From the NCBI RefSeq assembly GCF_001194135.2, contig NC_068981.1, forward strand, positions 54,776,101 through 54,813,113: 37,013 bases of DNA, written 5' to 3'. The DNA comes from Octopus bimaculoides. Lineage: Eukaryota. A program made the translations under genes and the position numbers. The notes under the pieces are model-generated. The model saw only the letters and a list, made by a program, of their open reading frames with translations, had not been told where the DNA came from and ran no database searches. This document shows, piece after piece, positions 1-10,950 of the stretch (the first letter of the stretch is position 1; each line of letters starts with the position of its first letter).

Positions 1-360
1 CCGGATGGCAACACCAGGCTCCAATCTAATTTGGCAGAGTTTCTACAGCTGGATGCCCTTCCTAACGTCAACCACTCAGAGAGTGTAGTGGGTGCTTTTA
101 CATGTCACCCACACGAAGGCCAGTCAGGCGGTACTGGCAACGGCCACGCTCGAAATGGTGTCTTTTATGTGCCACCCGCACAAAAGCCAGTCCAGGTGCA
201 CTGGCAACGATCTCGCTCAAAAACCCTACGAAGGCCAGTCAGGTGGCACTGGCAACGGTCACGCTCAAAATGGTGCATCTTATGTGCCACCCGCACAAGA
301 GCCAGTACAGGGGCACTGGCAACGATCTCACTTGGCTTGCCGGGTCTTCTCACGCACAGC
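1..360 (-). mobile_element. 3' end of RTE-clade LINE (family A, UTR variant 1): last ORF2 codons, repeat-containing 3' UTR and conserved terminal segment running off the window
   Basis: Minus strand at ~357-328 reads (C)AVREKTRQAK*, similar to the ORF ends of copies at ~9380 (LAVL*KT) and ~17715 (TMLERA). 1-130 is the reverse complement of the 29300-29425 copy. Confidence 0.75.
105..330. repeat. Degenerate tandem units inside the family A 3' UTR
   Basis: Four recurrences of GCCAGT-N8-9-ACTGGCAACG, related to the 62-bp unit at 799-1100. Confidence 0.85.
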
Positions 361-428
361 ACATATATATCTTCGTCGTCGTTTAACGTCCGCTTTCCAT
401 GCTAGCATGGGTTGGACGATTTGACTGA

Positions 429-798
429 NNNNNNNNNNNNNNNNNNNNNNNNNNNNNNNNNNNNNNNNNNNNNNNNNNNNNNNNNNNNNNNNNNNNNNNN
501 NNNNNNNNNNNNNNNNNNNNNNNNNNNNNNNNNNNNNNNNNNNNNNNNNNNNNNNNNNNNNNNNNNNNNNNNNNNNNNNNNNNNNNNNNNNNNNNNNNNN
601 NNNNNNNNNNNNNNNNNNNNNNNNNNNNNNNNNNNNNNNNNNNNNNNNNNNNNNNNNNNNNNNNNNNNNNNNNNNNNNNNNNNNNNNNNNNNNNNNNNNN
701 NNNNNNNNNNNNNNNNNNNNNNNNNNNNNNNNNNNNNNNNNNNNNNNNNNNNNNNNNNNNNNNNNNNNNNNNNNNNNNNNNNNNNNNNNNNNNNNNNN
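429..798. other. Assembly gap (370 N)
   Basis: Run of N. Confidence 1.
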
Positions 799-1100
799 GT
801 CTCCCGCACATGAGCCAGTCCAGGGGCACTGGCAACGATCCCGCTCGAAACATTTCATGTGTCACCCGCACAAGAGCCAGTCCGGGGGCACTGGCAACGA
901 TCTCGCTCGAAAGATATCATGTGTCACCCGCACATGAGCCAGTCCAGGGGCACTGGCAACGATCCCGCTCGAAAGATTTCATGTGACGCCCGCACATGAG
1001 CCAGTCCGGGGGCACCGGCAACGATCTCACTCGAAAAACCTCATGTGTCACCCGCACAAGAGCTGGCCCAGGGGCACCGGCAACGATCTCGCTCGAAAGA
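799..1100. repeat. 62-bp minisatellite, about 4.8 copies
   Basis: CCCGCACA recurs at 803, 865, 927, 989 and 1051 (period exactly 62). Confidence 0.95.
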
Positions 1101-1121
1101 TATATTAATAACTAAACTTGT

Positions 1122-1232
1122 GTATGTGTATATGGATCTGTGTATATGTATGTGTGTATGTATATATGCATACATAAATGATAGGTGTGTATGTGTGTAT
1201 ATATAAGTATATATAAATATGTGTATACATAA
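1122..1232. repeat. Compound (TG/TA) microsatellite
   Basis: tgtgtatgtgtatat-type run. Confidence 0.85.
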
Positions 1233-1339
1233 ACCGGTTATAAAATGGAATAGTTATAGATTTAAAGTTATGAATTTACAAAATTGCAGTTAGGTAATTT
1301 ACTTATTTTTGATTAAGCTTGTTTACATAGTGTCTTTGT

Positions 1340-1480
1340 GGAGGCGCAATGGCCCAGTGGTTAGCTTGCTTGGAAATAGTTGAGGATTGGCAACAGGGAG
1401 GATATCTGGCTAGAAAATCTGCCTCATTGAAATTCTGTCTGACCTATGTAAATATGGAAAAGTGGCAATTAGAAATATGG
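1340..1480 (+). mobile_element. Decayed composite: tRNA-like SINE head joined to a family A-type terminal segment
   Basis: A-box-like TGGCCCAGTGG at 1350-1360; agaaaatctgcctca...tatgtaaatatggaaaag resembles the arms at 27254-27435. Confidence 0.5.
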
Positions 1481-2339
1481 TTAAAAAGTATTATAGCTAA
1501 GATGATATTTTATTGTGATAGATACAGATATTTTATATTTGTACACCAGTAATTAACAATGCCGAACTTGAAACATTGATGTCTGGGATTCCTGATAGAT
1601 GGCAACACTGTACAAACCGGGTGTTTTCACTCCTTTTTACCATAAGAGAGATATTTTCTCCATGGTAACTGCTGTGAATTTGCATTTTAGCAGTTGAAAT
1701 ATATTCCAAACATTTTTCAACTGACCTAAATTTTTGCTTATGCCTAAACACTGCTTGACACTAACATTTTATTATTATAATAGTTGTTCAGCCGAGAACT
1801 GCCCCTGATCAAATAAAGTGTTCCTGCTATCACTATTCTGTACTAGTTTTGTTAGATATAGTGCAACTTGAACAAACCTGTCCAATGTATTTTTTTTAAA
1901 GACAATTAGTATTATTTAAAAGAAATTTGGTTGCTATCTTTAGCTAGTTGATTGTCCACATAGAGTTTTTCTTGTTAATTCTTCCATCTGTCACTGTAGT
2001 TACTGAATCTATTAGTTGAAAACCCTCCATTCCCATTGTTTCTACATTACCTTTATCTCTGCAACAGTTTATTTGTTTGATATTTGATTTATAAGATTCT
2101 TGAGGTGAACTCAGGTGTTAAAACATATTTTGTTGTATCATGGGAAGGTCATTATGCCAATAATAAACACATGCACTGATTCTATTTTACTTCTTTTATT
2201 GTTATTGGTCAGTTGGTTAATCATTTAACTGTAACCAATCAATTGTTTATTTAATTGTTTGGTCAATCTGTCAATCAATCACATAGGTTTGTCAAAGTCC
2301 TTTCATTGTCATTCAAAACCTCATAAATGACATGCCCCT

Positions 2340-4900
2340 CTCTGCTTCAGGTCTGCTGGATCTGAAGGAAGAAGCACTGCTCATGACTTTCACAGACCCT
2401 TCTTAGAACTGGTGAGCTTGATGCTGTTAATATTCTTCTTAAATCTTTGCACCTGAAGGAAACACATGAGCAAGGAAAAAATTTCAGAGGCTGAACTGTC
2501 AGGGAAGGAAGGGCTGGGTGTATTAATTAGTGCAGGACTTGGATGTGGACACAGCAAGTGTGATGAGAGGAGGAGGAGAGACAAATGAGATGGGCATGCT
2601 TGAGTGGAGGTTGATATAAGAGCAGCCAGTTCCAAGGAGCAGAGGCCATTAGAGTAACTATACAAAAAAATGAAGAGAGAGGAGACAGCATGCTTTTGGT
2701 TTTGGGCCAAAGGCAAGAGCATTTCTGTGAGTAACTTTATACCAATCAATCAAGAAGTATTTTGCTCAATGTGGTGTAGGATGTGTGCAACAGTAGCACT
2801 GTCCCAGGTGTGGGAATAGGTTTGTAGTGTGTCATTAATTTTGGGAGAGTGGAAGTATTTTCTGTTTCTGAAAAGAAGGGCCAGTTATTGTGATGTGGTC
2901 AAACCTTGTTAAAATTGGACTTTTGCCGGAAAAGATCCTTGGTGATAGTGAAGTTCATTATTTGGAGCTCTAGTTGTGTGCTGTTCATGATTTAGTGGGA
3001 GTGTAGTGAGGTGGCATTTACTTGCTACAAGTAGCATTTATGTTATCTTGCTGTTGAAGAAGATTGGTATATCTTCATTGGAAGATGCTTTTGAGGTAAC
3101 TGTTTGTGGAATCAGTGTTGGTTTAGTGTATGATATTGAGTTAGCTAGTGATTAATGCACAGTTAGAGAGGGAGGAAAGATGGTGTTATTTAGGACATAC
3201 CAGCAAGCATGTCTTTGATGTATTTAAGGAGGAAAGTGGAAAACAAAAATCAAACACTGGAGCACATGCATTGGTGAATGAGAAACAGAAAGATCTCTGC
3301 CAACACACACTACATTAGTATAATCTGATAGGAAGCTGCCAGTTCAAAAGATGAAAGGTCAGTGAAGTCTGTAAGCAAGAAATTTCGATAGATTTGCTGA
3401 TGCAATTGAAAGCTTTACTGATGTCAGTAACAACAACATTGTTTTTACCAAATTTCTCCATGTGAAGAACTTACTGGCATGTGATACAGCAGATTTGGCT
3501 TTATGAAAACCATATTGGTGGTCATCAAAAAGAGACATTCAAAGTTGAGAACCCTGTTGTTAAAGTTTGTCTCCTTTATCCTAAAGATATTGGATGTGAG
3601 TGTGATAGGGCAATAGTTGGCTGGGTCAGAATCATTGCCTTTCTTTGTTGCTTGTTTCTTATGAGGAGAGACTGAAAAGTTTGGTGGGTATAGGGCTTTG
3701 TTCCTGGTCACAGCATCTGTGACGATAGAAGGAGTATTGTTTGGTGGTTCTGTTTATTTGAAGCAACCAAAAGTATTTTTGTATTTGGTGTGTGTTTATG
3801 CAGGATGATAGGCCTAGAAGAGTGGGTGAGAAAGATCTGAAAGAGATTTGACAAGAGTGTGCTGTGTGGAGTTGGTTGCACACTGTGAGCAGTGAAAATG
3901 AAGGTATACTGCTTAAAGAACCATTGTTGTTGTAAAAGGGATGATAAAAGAATTCTGTAAAGTTGGTGAAGATTCTTTTGATAAGGGAGGAAAAGGATCA
4001 GCTGCAGTTCAGAGAGTTAGGGTAGCTTGAGGACTGTATGATACATGATGTAATCTTTATAGTTTGGATAGTGGTCTTGCAGGAGTTCTGTTACTGGGTA
4101 AACACCACCATGTTTTGTGGAAGTGGCTGAGTAAGTGCAGGTGTTGTAGGCCTTTTTTTTCTTTTGCCTAAATATCTTCAACTTAACTATGAGTAAACCA
4201 TTTGAGGGATATGAAGGAGTTGATTTCTTTGCTATGTGCATGATATGGGGTGACAAATATGAAAGAAAAGATTCACTTACCCTCCTCCCTATCTCTGATG
4301 GGTCAGGTGCAGAGCACAAATACACAAAACTAGTGAAGTTGTGTTCAGTTGGCTGTAGGTGGTATTGTATGGTATATGGGTATGTGTTGGGTAATTTCAG
4401 TGATTGGATGACTGAACAGTGTGGAGATACTTAAAATTTAATTGAGATTGAGTTTGGAAGTGAGAAAAAGATCAGGAAAATTTGGAATACCTGTGTGTTA
4501 ATCTTGGATGAAACAAATTGATGTAGAGAGTTGGGGATTGCAAAAGATTTAGTTTCTGTACAGGTGGCATCAGTGTAAGATGCATGAGAGAGCTATAAAG
4601 AGTTGTGAGCTTGAAGTTCCTGTAGACTGTGACATTGGAAAGGAGTAAAGTAAGAAATATGCCCTCAATGCAGTAGACAATTTGATCGAAGTGCTGATGG
4701 TTTGAGCTGTGAGGACAGCGTATATATTTGCGGGAGTGTGTGGAGAGAGACTTTGAGCCAGAGTGATTGAAAATCATTATTGCTACTACATTGGTAATCT
4801 GAAATAACATATTCCACCATTCTGAGTTGAGTGAACTGCTATCATGGCACCAACTTATTCTGATGCATTGCAGTAACTCTCCCTCATGATTCTGAGTCTT
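2340..4900 (-). mobile_element. Degenerate CR1/L2(Jockey-group)-like LINE ORF2: endonuclease and RT remnants
   Basis: Minus-strand fragments: DFQSLWLKVSL and KYIRCPHSSNHQHFDQIVYCIEGIFL (APE-like); KGNDSDPANYCPITLTS (cf. RT KKGDRSDPSNYRPISLTS); C-terminal QRFKKNINSIKLT. Many stops and frameshifts. Confidence 0.75.
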
Positions 4901-5204
4901 GATATCAGTGTTTTTAACTTACTCTCTTCTGTGTCTGGCTACACTATTACAATGGATTTTATACTTCTTGTTCAGTAACTAGCATAGTGATACAGGTTAA
5001 GTTTGTTTCCATTGTTTTGTCACAAATCACTGTTACATTCGTATCATGTTAGGCATACTTTTGTGCGTTATCATCCTAACACATTCTGTCAGGTTTCCAT
5101 TCACTTCATGTTTCTCATTTACAAACTGGCTGCACATTATATGTTCCTTTGCTAGGTATACTAGACATAGCTTTTTAGTCTCAAGATATGGTTTCTTTGT
5201 TTAA

Positions 5205-5290
5205 ATCTTGTTTTTTCATGCTAGCGTGTGTTTGATGCAAAATTTTTGTGGCTGGATGTTCTTTCTGTTGCTAATCTTTATCTGTTTTCA
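5205..5290 (-). mobile_element. Decayed family A tail
   Basis: ttttcatgctagcgtg...ggctggatgttctttctgttgctaa resembles the reverse complement of the family A terminal segment. Confidence 0.5.
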
Positions 5291-5419
5291 AGTAATGGAT
5301 TTGTTTTTATTCCAGAGGTCTTTAAGAGTGTAGAACTACAAGGAATGTCAACATCACGACTCTTTCATTCATAGAATCACATACATTCATACACTCATAC
5401 ATATCAAGCATATTTATAT

Positions 5420-5565
5420 TTGTATACATGAGAGGCATCTTGCAGTTTCTGTCTGCTAGATTCCTTCACAAAACATTGGTCAGACTGGGCTATAGCTGAA
5501 AACATCCTAGGTGATGCATATTGGGACTAAATGCAAAACCACATGGTTGTAAAGCAAAAACCTTG
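5420..5565 (-). mobile_element. tRNA-type SINE family B, 5' half, decayed
   Basis: Aligns by eye to 29505-29663 (cagtttc..., ttgggact..., aaaccacatggttgtaaag). Confidence 0.6.
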
Positions 5566-5825
5566 AGAATAAAAAAATTCTTTTGCCATAATTCTAAAGG
5601 TCAAATAAAATTCCATATGTTCTGCATTTGTTAACCGTTGAAAAGTAGCAACCACTCAAGGAAGTAATTTTATATTTAGACCTTTAAAAAGTCTATAGGA
5701 ATAAATGTTCAATAATATATAAATATATTCCAAAGTTGTGAATTGGCAGAAACAACTATGTTGGTGTAAATCTTTTGTTTTATATAATCAGCTTAATTAT
5801 CAAATGTACATCAACAACATTAACC

Positions 5826-5828
<3 letters not shown>

Positions 5829-5866
<38 letters not shown>
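5829..5866. repeat. (TA)19 microsatellite
   Basis: Direct. Confidence 0.98.
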
Positions 5867-5869
<3 letters not shown>

Positions 5870-5974
5870 ATAGAAAAGGTAAGACAACAAAAGAAAGAAA
5901 ACTTGATACTATGTAAATAGAGGAATTTATCTGTAAATAATATGTGACAATTATTCGGTAGCCATGATAAAACT

Positions 5975-6022
5975 CCATATATACATACATACATATATGT
6001 GTGTGTGTGTGTGTGTGTGTGT
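5975..6022. repeat. (TACA)n/(TG)n microsatellite
   Basis: Direct. Confidence 0.9.
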
Positions 6023-6029
6023 ATAAATT

Positions 6030-6135
6030 TGCTGGATCTGGTGGAATTACAAGTGCCCATGGCTATTGCAGACCCTCCTACACCAGTAAGATCGACACCA
6101 TTAATGTTCCTCTTGAATCTTTTGCAAGCCAAAAC
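6030..6135 (-). mobile_element. 3' end fragment of a CR1-like LINE
   Basis: Minus-strand KRFKRNINGVDLT parallels QRFKKNINSIKLT of the 2340-4900 element. Confidence 0.5.
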
Positions 6136-7760
6136 TTGTAGGAAATACTTGAGCAGGATGGCAATTTATATGTGTATTTGAGATGATAGGAGACTAAGGT
6201 AACTTTGTGATTGACTAATGTGGGGATATCTAGAATGTGAAAATATCTAATTATTTTTTTATTTACACCAAATGACAGATGTTTAGATTCTGTGTATGCT
6301 AAGCATTTCCTTTATTTTTGCTCTACTATTGTATGTTTCTTTTGAGTCATATTGAAATCATAGTTTTACCACAAAATTTTATTAATATGTTATTGTTAAA
6401 TATTGAAATGTCTGAGAAAAGTTATTATTAATAAGATTCTAAATTCAGCCTATTAACATCTTTAGAGGCAAAGCAATTTCTTTTTTAATTCAAATCTATA
6501 CTTAGTTTTTATTAGTTTGATTTCTACTTGCCTTTCTTTGGTGTGTTCATAGTACCGGACTAGATTCAAACTTGGAACCTTTATTTTTTTTAAATCAAAG
6601 ATACAAGAGTGCTTAATCACTAGGTCACTGACCTTGTGGTTAAGAGTGTTACTAGAAGCCAATTGAAATAGAATGTAGATGTAAATGTAAAAAAAAAATA
6701 AAAATGTAATTTCTAAAGATTAAGTTAATAATATAAACACTAAGTTTGAAAAATGATCATATGAATTATTACTGTTGCTGTTATTATTGATATTTCGCAG
6801 AGATTTTATAGCAGCTTGTATTAGATGTTTAGGTCAAATGTAGAATCACAGATACCATTTTTGATGTGCAATGTTCATTGCTAAGAACAAACATCTGTGT
6901 TTCACCTTTATTGATGTACTTTGTTAAGCACTAAGAAATCAAGATGTAGATGAATAACTTTTGAGAGCTATGTAAATCATGTAAAATTCATTTGAATGAT
7001 AGTTTTGAGATTATATTTCCAAATACTTATAGTTATTCCTTGAATGACTTGTGTATGTTGTGGTCTTTCACTATATATCATTGGCTTACCTTTCCATAAT
7101 CACTTATTCATTTGATATCTCACAAACATTGCTGTATTGCTGACATAAGAAGAATTAGACATTTGATTTCAGCTCCTAAATCCTGGTATAACTTTTGTTA
7201 TGGAATTGTGGATTTACTTTGCAAGTAATGTACTTTTTCCACCCTTCTCTATAGCAATAATTTCATTTCATTTTAGAAAGAAAGCAACAAGAAGTTCTCA
7301 ACTGACTTAAATCTCTGATCGATTTATAAAAATCAGAACCCCTATCACTTATATTAAAAGTATGTTTCGTAGAAACACAAATATCCTAATGTGTTTTAAT
7401 TCTAATAAACTCTTGAGACTTCATTCCTTTGTGAGAAATTATTGAGCTTTATGGATTGGAAATCAGTGGATAAAGAACTCATAAGAACTGGATGGTTTAA
7501 GTATTAGATTACTGAATCAAAACTTATGAGTTTAAATTTGATCCTAGTATTTAGTTATGATTAGTAAAAGTATTACTTACTCTAATCAATTTCATTATGA
7601 GTAGACTCCACCAACTGTTCAATGTACAACTGAACAGTTGGTGTTAAGAAGGATACTGGGCACCATATTTCTTTTCACAGTTGATTTGCAACATCATCCT
7701 ATTCATGTTAATATAAAAATAGAAGTAAACTCATATCAAATCAAAAAAGAAAAAAAAAAT

Positions 7761-7794
7761 CTAATGCCATATATCTCACTATTATATTTTTCAG
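7761..7794 (+). promoter_or_regulatory. Branch point, polypyrimidine tract and 3' splice acceptor
   Basis: CTAAT at 7761-7765; tatttttcAG ending at 7794, directly before the GRHYG codons. Confidence 0.75.
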
Positions 7795-7974
7795 GCCGTC
7801 ACTATGGTGCAATTAGTTGTGAAGGATGCAAAGGTTTCTTTAAAAGAAGTATTCGGAAACAGCTGGGCTATGCCTGTCGGGGTAACAAAGATTGCCCAGT
7901 CACAAAAATGCATCGTAATCGCTGTCAGTTTTGTCGTCTACAGAAGTGCCTTGCAGTTGGCATGCGTTCTGAAT
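7795..7974 (+). CDS. Hr78: Internal coding exon (180 nt, phase 1-1) of an NR2C/D orphan nuclear receptor (TR2/TR4/Hr78-like), C4 zinc-finger DNA-binding domain
   Basis: Encodes (G)[59 protein letters not shown], bounded by AG and GTAAGT. The GRHYG start and KHHRNRCQ-like second finger are characteristic of NR2C/NR2D; P-box CEGCKG. Subfamily assigned from recall, not from a search. Confidence 0.93.
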
Positions 7975-7980
7975 GTAAGT
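7975..7980 (+). promoter_or_regulatory. 5' splice donor GTAAGT
   Basis: Perfect consensus immediately after GAA T. Confidence 0.9.
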
Positions 7981-8619
7981 TTAATTTTCTTTTATGTTTA
8001 AATCTCAAGTTTTTCTTTGTCTTTACTGGATGGAAGAACTGATTGAACTTGTGATCATCTCATACCAAAAAAAGAATATCTTCAAATGTAGCTTGAAATG
8101 TGTTGATTAATAAAGATAGTAGTTATTGAAATTTCTATACTATACAACATGATTGGTGTAGATTTGTCTATCCAGATTTAGGAAATAACTGTCTGAAATT
8201 TGAAATTTTTCTTTTTTTTATGTTTCATTTATTGAAATTCTAAAACTGTCTTGATTTCTTATTGAACAAAGAGTGGCATGCAATCTGATAGAATGGAACA
8301 TTTAAATGTTTTATGCTGTCCTTTGGTTTGGAAAATGTTAGCTTCATTCCTGGAGTCAAATTAGCTGATAAATTAGGAATGAAACGATCTTCACAAGAAA
8401 ATGTTAATTACAGCAAAAAATTAAAATATCTTGAAGATACAGATCAATGGAGTAAATTACAGAGTGTGATATAAAATTTTTTCTCTTGTTTTACTTGCAA
8501 AAAGAAAAAAAATAGAAACATTCATTAAAATTTATGTAGTTGAATATGTGAGAAGAAAATGAAACCAGTTTTGTGAAGTCTTTCTATAGATGGGTTATTT
8601 TTGTTTTCTCCTCTTTATT

Positions 8620-9440
8620 TTTAAGACCAAAGTTCTAGTAAGCAAGAAAACAGACAAGACTCTACTTACTTTAGGTAACTGGCCCTGCTCAATTTGTAGG
8701 AAAGGTGTAGGCAGGAATTCTATACAGTGTATGCAGTGCAACTGTGTACACACAGGCGGTATAATGGAATAATAGGAAGGTTAACAGAGAAAGTAGTGAT
8801 TGTGTGTGTATAAGATGCACAGGAGCCATCAAGTCTACAGATACATTAGAAATTGATTTTTTAAAACATCCCGGAAGCTCTCTAGAGGCAGTGGATTGTT
8901 TCTGCTACCTAGGGCTTCTAATCAGCAGTGGAAGGGGATGTTCAGAAAGTCTAATTGCTAGAATAATAAGATGGAGACATTCAGAGAGCTTTTACCTCTG
9001 CTGGCAGCCAAAGGTCTCTCTCTCGGAGTGAAAATAAAAAGGATTGCATGATGTATTTGTACAAACTGCAATGCTACACAGCAGAGGACATGTGAAGAAG
9101 TAGAGAAAAATGAAGCTAGTATATTCTGCTGGGTGTGTAATGTCAGTGTACACATGCAGCAGAGTGCTAATGTTAGGCATATGAGGAATTAGATGCAGTA
9201 TGCTAAAGAGAAGACTGTGCTGATTTAGACATGCGATGCATATGGCTGTGGACAGTTGCATAAAGAAGTGTCTTTCACTTAAAGCAGATGAAATTTGTAG
9301 AAGAGGGAAACCCAGGAAGACATGGGACAAAGTATTGAAGGCTGATCTCAAGATGCTGAGCCTTAAGTTATCTGGTGCCTCGCTGTACTCTAGAAGACTT
9401 GTTTACCACAACAGAATTAATATCCTAAAACCACCTTACT
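8620..9440 (+). mobile_element. RTE-clade LINE (family A), RT C-terminal half with PHD-like insertion, decayed
   Basis: KTKVLVS...WPCSICRKGVGRNSIQCMQC...CIRC...FCYLG...SCIKKCLSLK..RRGKPRKTWDKVLKADLKML across shifting frames. Confidence 0.85.
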
Positions 9441-10226
9441 AATGCTTGTCCATGAAGGGCTCTACCCCACCCCACTTCCATCCTCTCTGACCTGTCTATT
9501 TTTCTCCCCACATTTCATCCCCTAATACCCACCACTTCTCTATCACCTGAGAGCTGAGTGGGCTCATTCTACATCATCTCAGTTGCCTCCCCTCCCCCAT
9601 GAACCACTTCCATTTCACATTATCTCCCCCCACCCAAGTCTCTCCTATACATCATTCTGTCTTTTGCTACTGTCACTGCTTCCCTGCCTACTCACCCGGT
9701 CCTAAACTTCTGTCACCTCTCTTATTCTCCCTGCCATGTCCCACAAGGGCATGTCTCAACACATCTTCACCGCCATCTATCTTACTATTGCTCGCTTTAT
9801 CTTACCTCTTATCCACTCTATCTTACACTCTAACTGACCCACTCTCTTTAATTACTCTCTAACTCACTCTCTTTTCTTTTCCAACTGGACTATCCATGTA
9901 TCTACTCTGCAACACCTTTAATGTCCCTCCACACCTTTGATCTCTCAACTGGCACAAAGCCACCTCTGCCTCAATACTCCCCCCCCCTCACACTTCCAGC
10001 CAAGGAGTTTTGTCTTGCAAGTTGCTTGGTGACCCTGTTGGTGCTGGTGGCAAGTAACAACACCCAGAACACTTGGTAAAGTGGTTAGCATTAGGAAGGG
10101 CATCCAGCTATAGAAACCATGCCAAAACAGACAATGGAGCCTGGTGTGGTTCCTGGCCTTACCAGCTTCTGTTAAACCATCCAACCCATGCTAGCATGGA
10201 AAACAGATGTTGATGATGATGATGAT
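9441..10226 (+). mobile_element. Pyrimidine-rich segment (probable long 3' UTR, variant 2) plus family A terminal segment with palindrome and (GAT)n tail
   Basis: 10080-10226: ttaggaagggcatccagc...aacCCATGCTAGCATGGaaaacagatgttgatgatgatgatgat. Continuity with the 8620-9440 ORF is inferred from co-orientation and adjacency. Confidence 0.65.
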
Positions 10227-10559
10227 CTCACTACTAATATCTCCAATTTCTTATTGCTTTCATCATCGAAAAACCTGTTTACATAGAGTGACCATGAATA
10301 AGTAATTGGTTTTTCTTTTGTCTGAACATTAGTGGTATTGTCTGTTTTTGTTTTGAAACTTTTTAGATTTATAGATTTTATTTCAAAATTGGTTTTTGTT
10401 GCTTTAATTTCAAAAAACTTCATTTATTTTTGCTGATTATTGTTTCTGCTGTTATAGTGATTTTTAATATCAATAACATTTTCTGAGGTTAAACTCTGTG
10501 TGAATTGTTTACTTGTAGGTATTTTACTTATATTAATTTTTCAAATGATTCACTCTCTT

Positions 10560-10950
10560 CATACGTTGAGTTCAGTTCAAATTCTGCCAGGGTGGAATTT
10601 TCATGTCATAGCTCAAGGAGTGAAAAAAAAAATATCAACCACGTATTCTAGTTAATTTAATCATCTATACACTACTTCACTTATAAATGGGTATTTTGTG
10701 TTCTAATGTGGCATATTTTGTGTTCTAATGTGGCATATTAATATTTCAGAGAACTTAGATGGTGATCTGGCAGAAGGTTAGCACACTGGGCAAAATGTTT
10801 AGTAACATTTTGTCCATCTTAACATTCTGAGTTAAAATTTTGTTGAGATCAACATTGTTTTTCAGCCATTCGGGGTTGATAAAATAAGTACCAGTTGGAT
10901 TCTAGAGTTAATGTAACTTACCTTTTCCCTAAAAATTTCTGGCCTTGTAC
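10560..10950 (+). mobile_element. Two decayed copies of SINE family C (~10560-10650 and ~10750-10950)
   Basis: Shared ttctgagttcaaattctgcc (B-box-like) and ttttcagccattcggggttgataaaataagtaccag core. Confidence 0.65.

Larger units (their letters stand above)
372..1100 (-). mobile_element. Second family A 3' end, spanning the assembly gap
   Basis: 372-428 is the reverse-complemented tail (cgtcgtcgtttaacgtccgctttCCATGCTAGCATGGgttggacg); UTR repeat units resume after the gap at 799-1100. Continuity across the gap is inferred. Confidence 0.7.

Noticed and set aside
31-424. Repetitive ORFs (31-405, 92-424, 102-386, 165-362)
   Set aside because: They are translations of the stop-poor GC-rich UTR repeats, with no splice or protein-family support.
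328-871. Long ORFs crossing N runs (also 27911-28368)
   Set aside because: Artefacts of translating assembly gaps.
799-1100. CRISPR-like look of regularly spaced hairpin repeats
   Set aside because: The whole 62-bp unit is repeated with no unique spacers, there are no cas genes, and the context is a eukaryotic LINE UTR.
1786-1960. Possible further repeat family shared with ~19462-19510 and ~36110-36160 (attccagccatgacc-like motif)
   Set aside because: Matches are too short and diverged to define boundaries by eye.
2344-2352. GCT TCA G|GT as donor of the upstream zinc-finger exon (..ASG)
   Set aside because: Not preceded by CxxCGD codons, and lies at the 3' end of the CR1-like element.
5820-5830. 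TTAACCCTTT, possible piggyBac-type end
   Set aside because: No partner AAAGGGTTAA nearby; runs straight into (TA)n.
7638-8042. The full 134-aa ORF as a CDS
   Set aside because: Only 7795-7974 is nuclear-receptor-like; the flanks are intronic read-through past clear splice sites.
8590-10260. TSD around the 8620-10226 composite
   Set aside because: No matching flanks found, so single-insertion status remains unproven.
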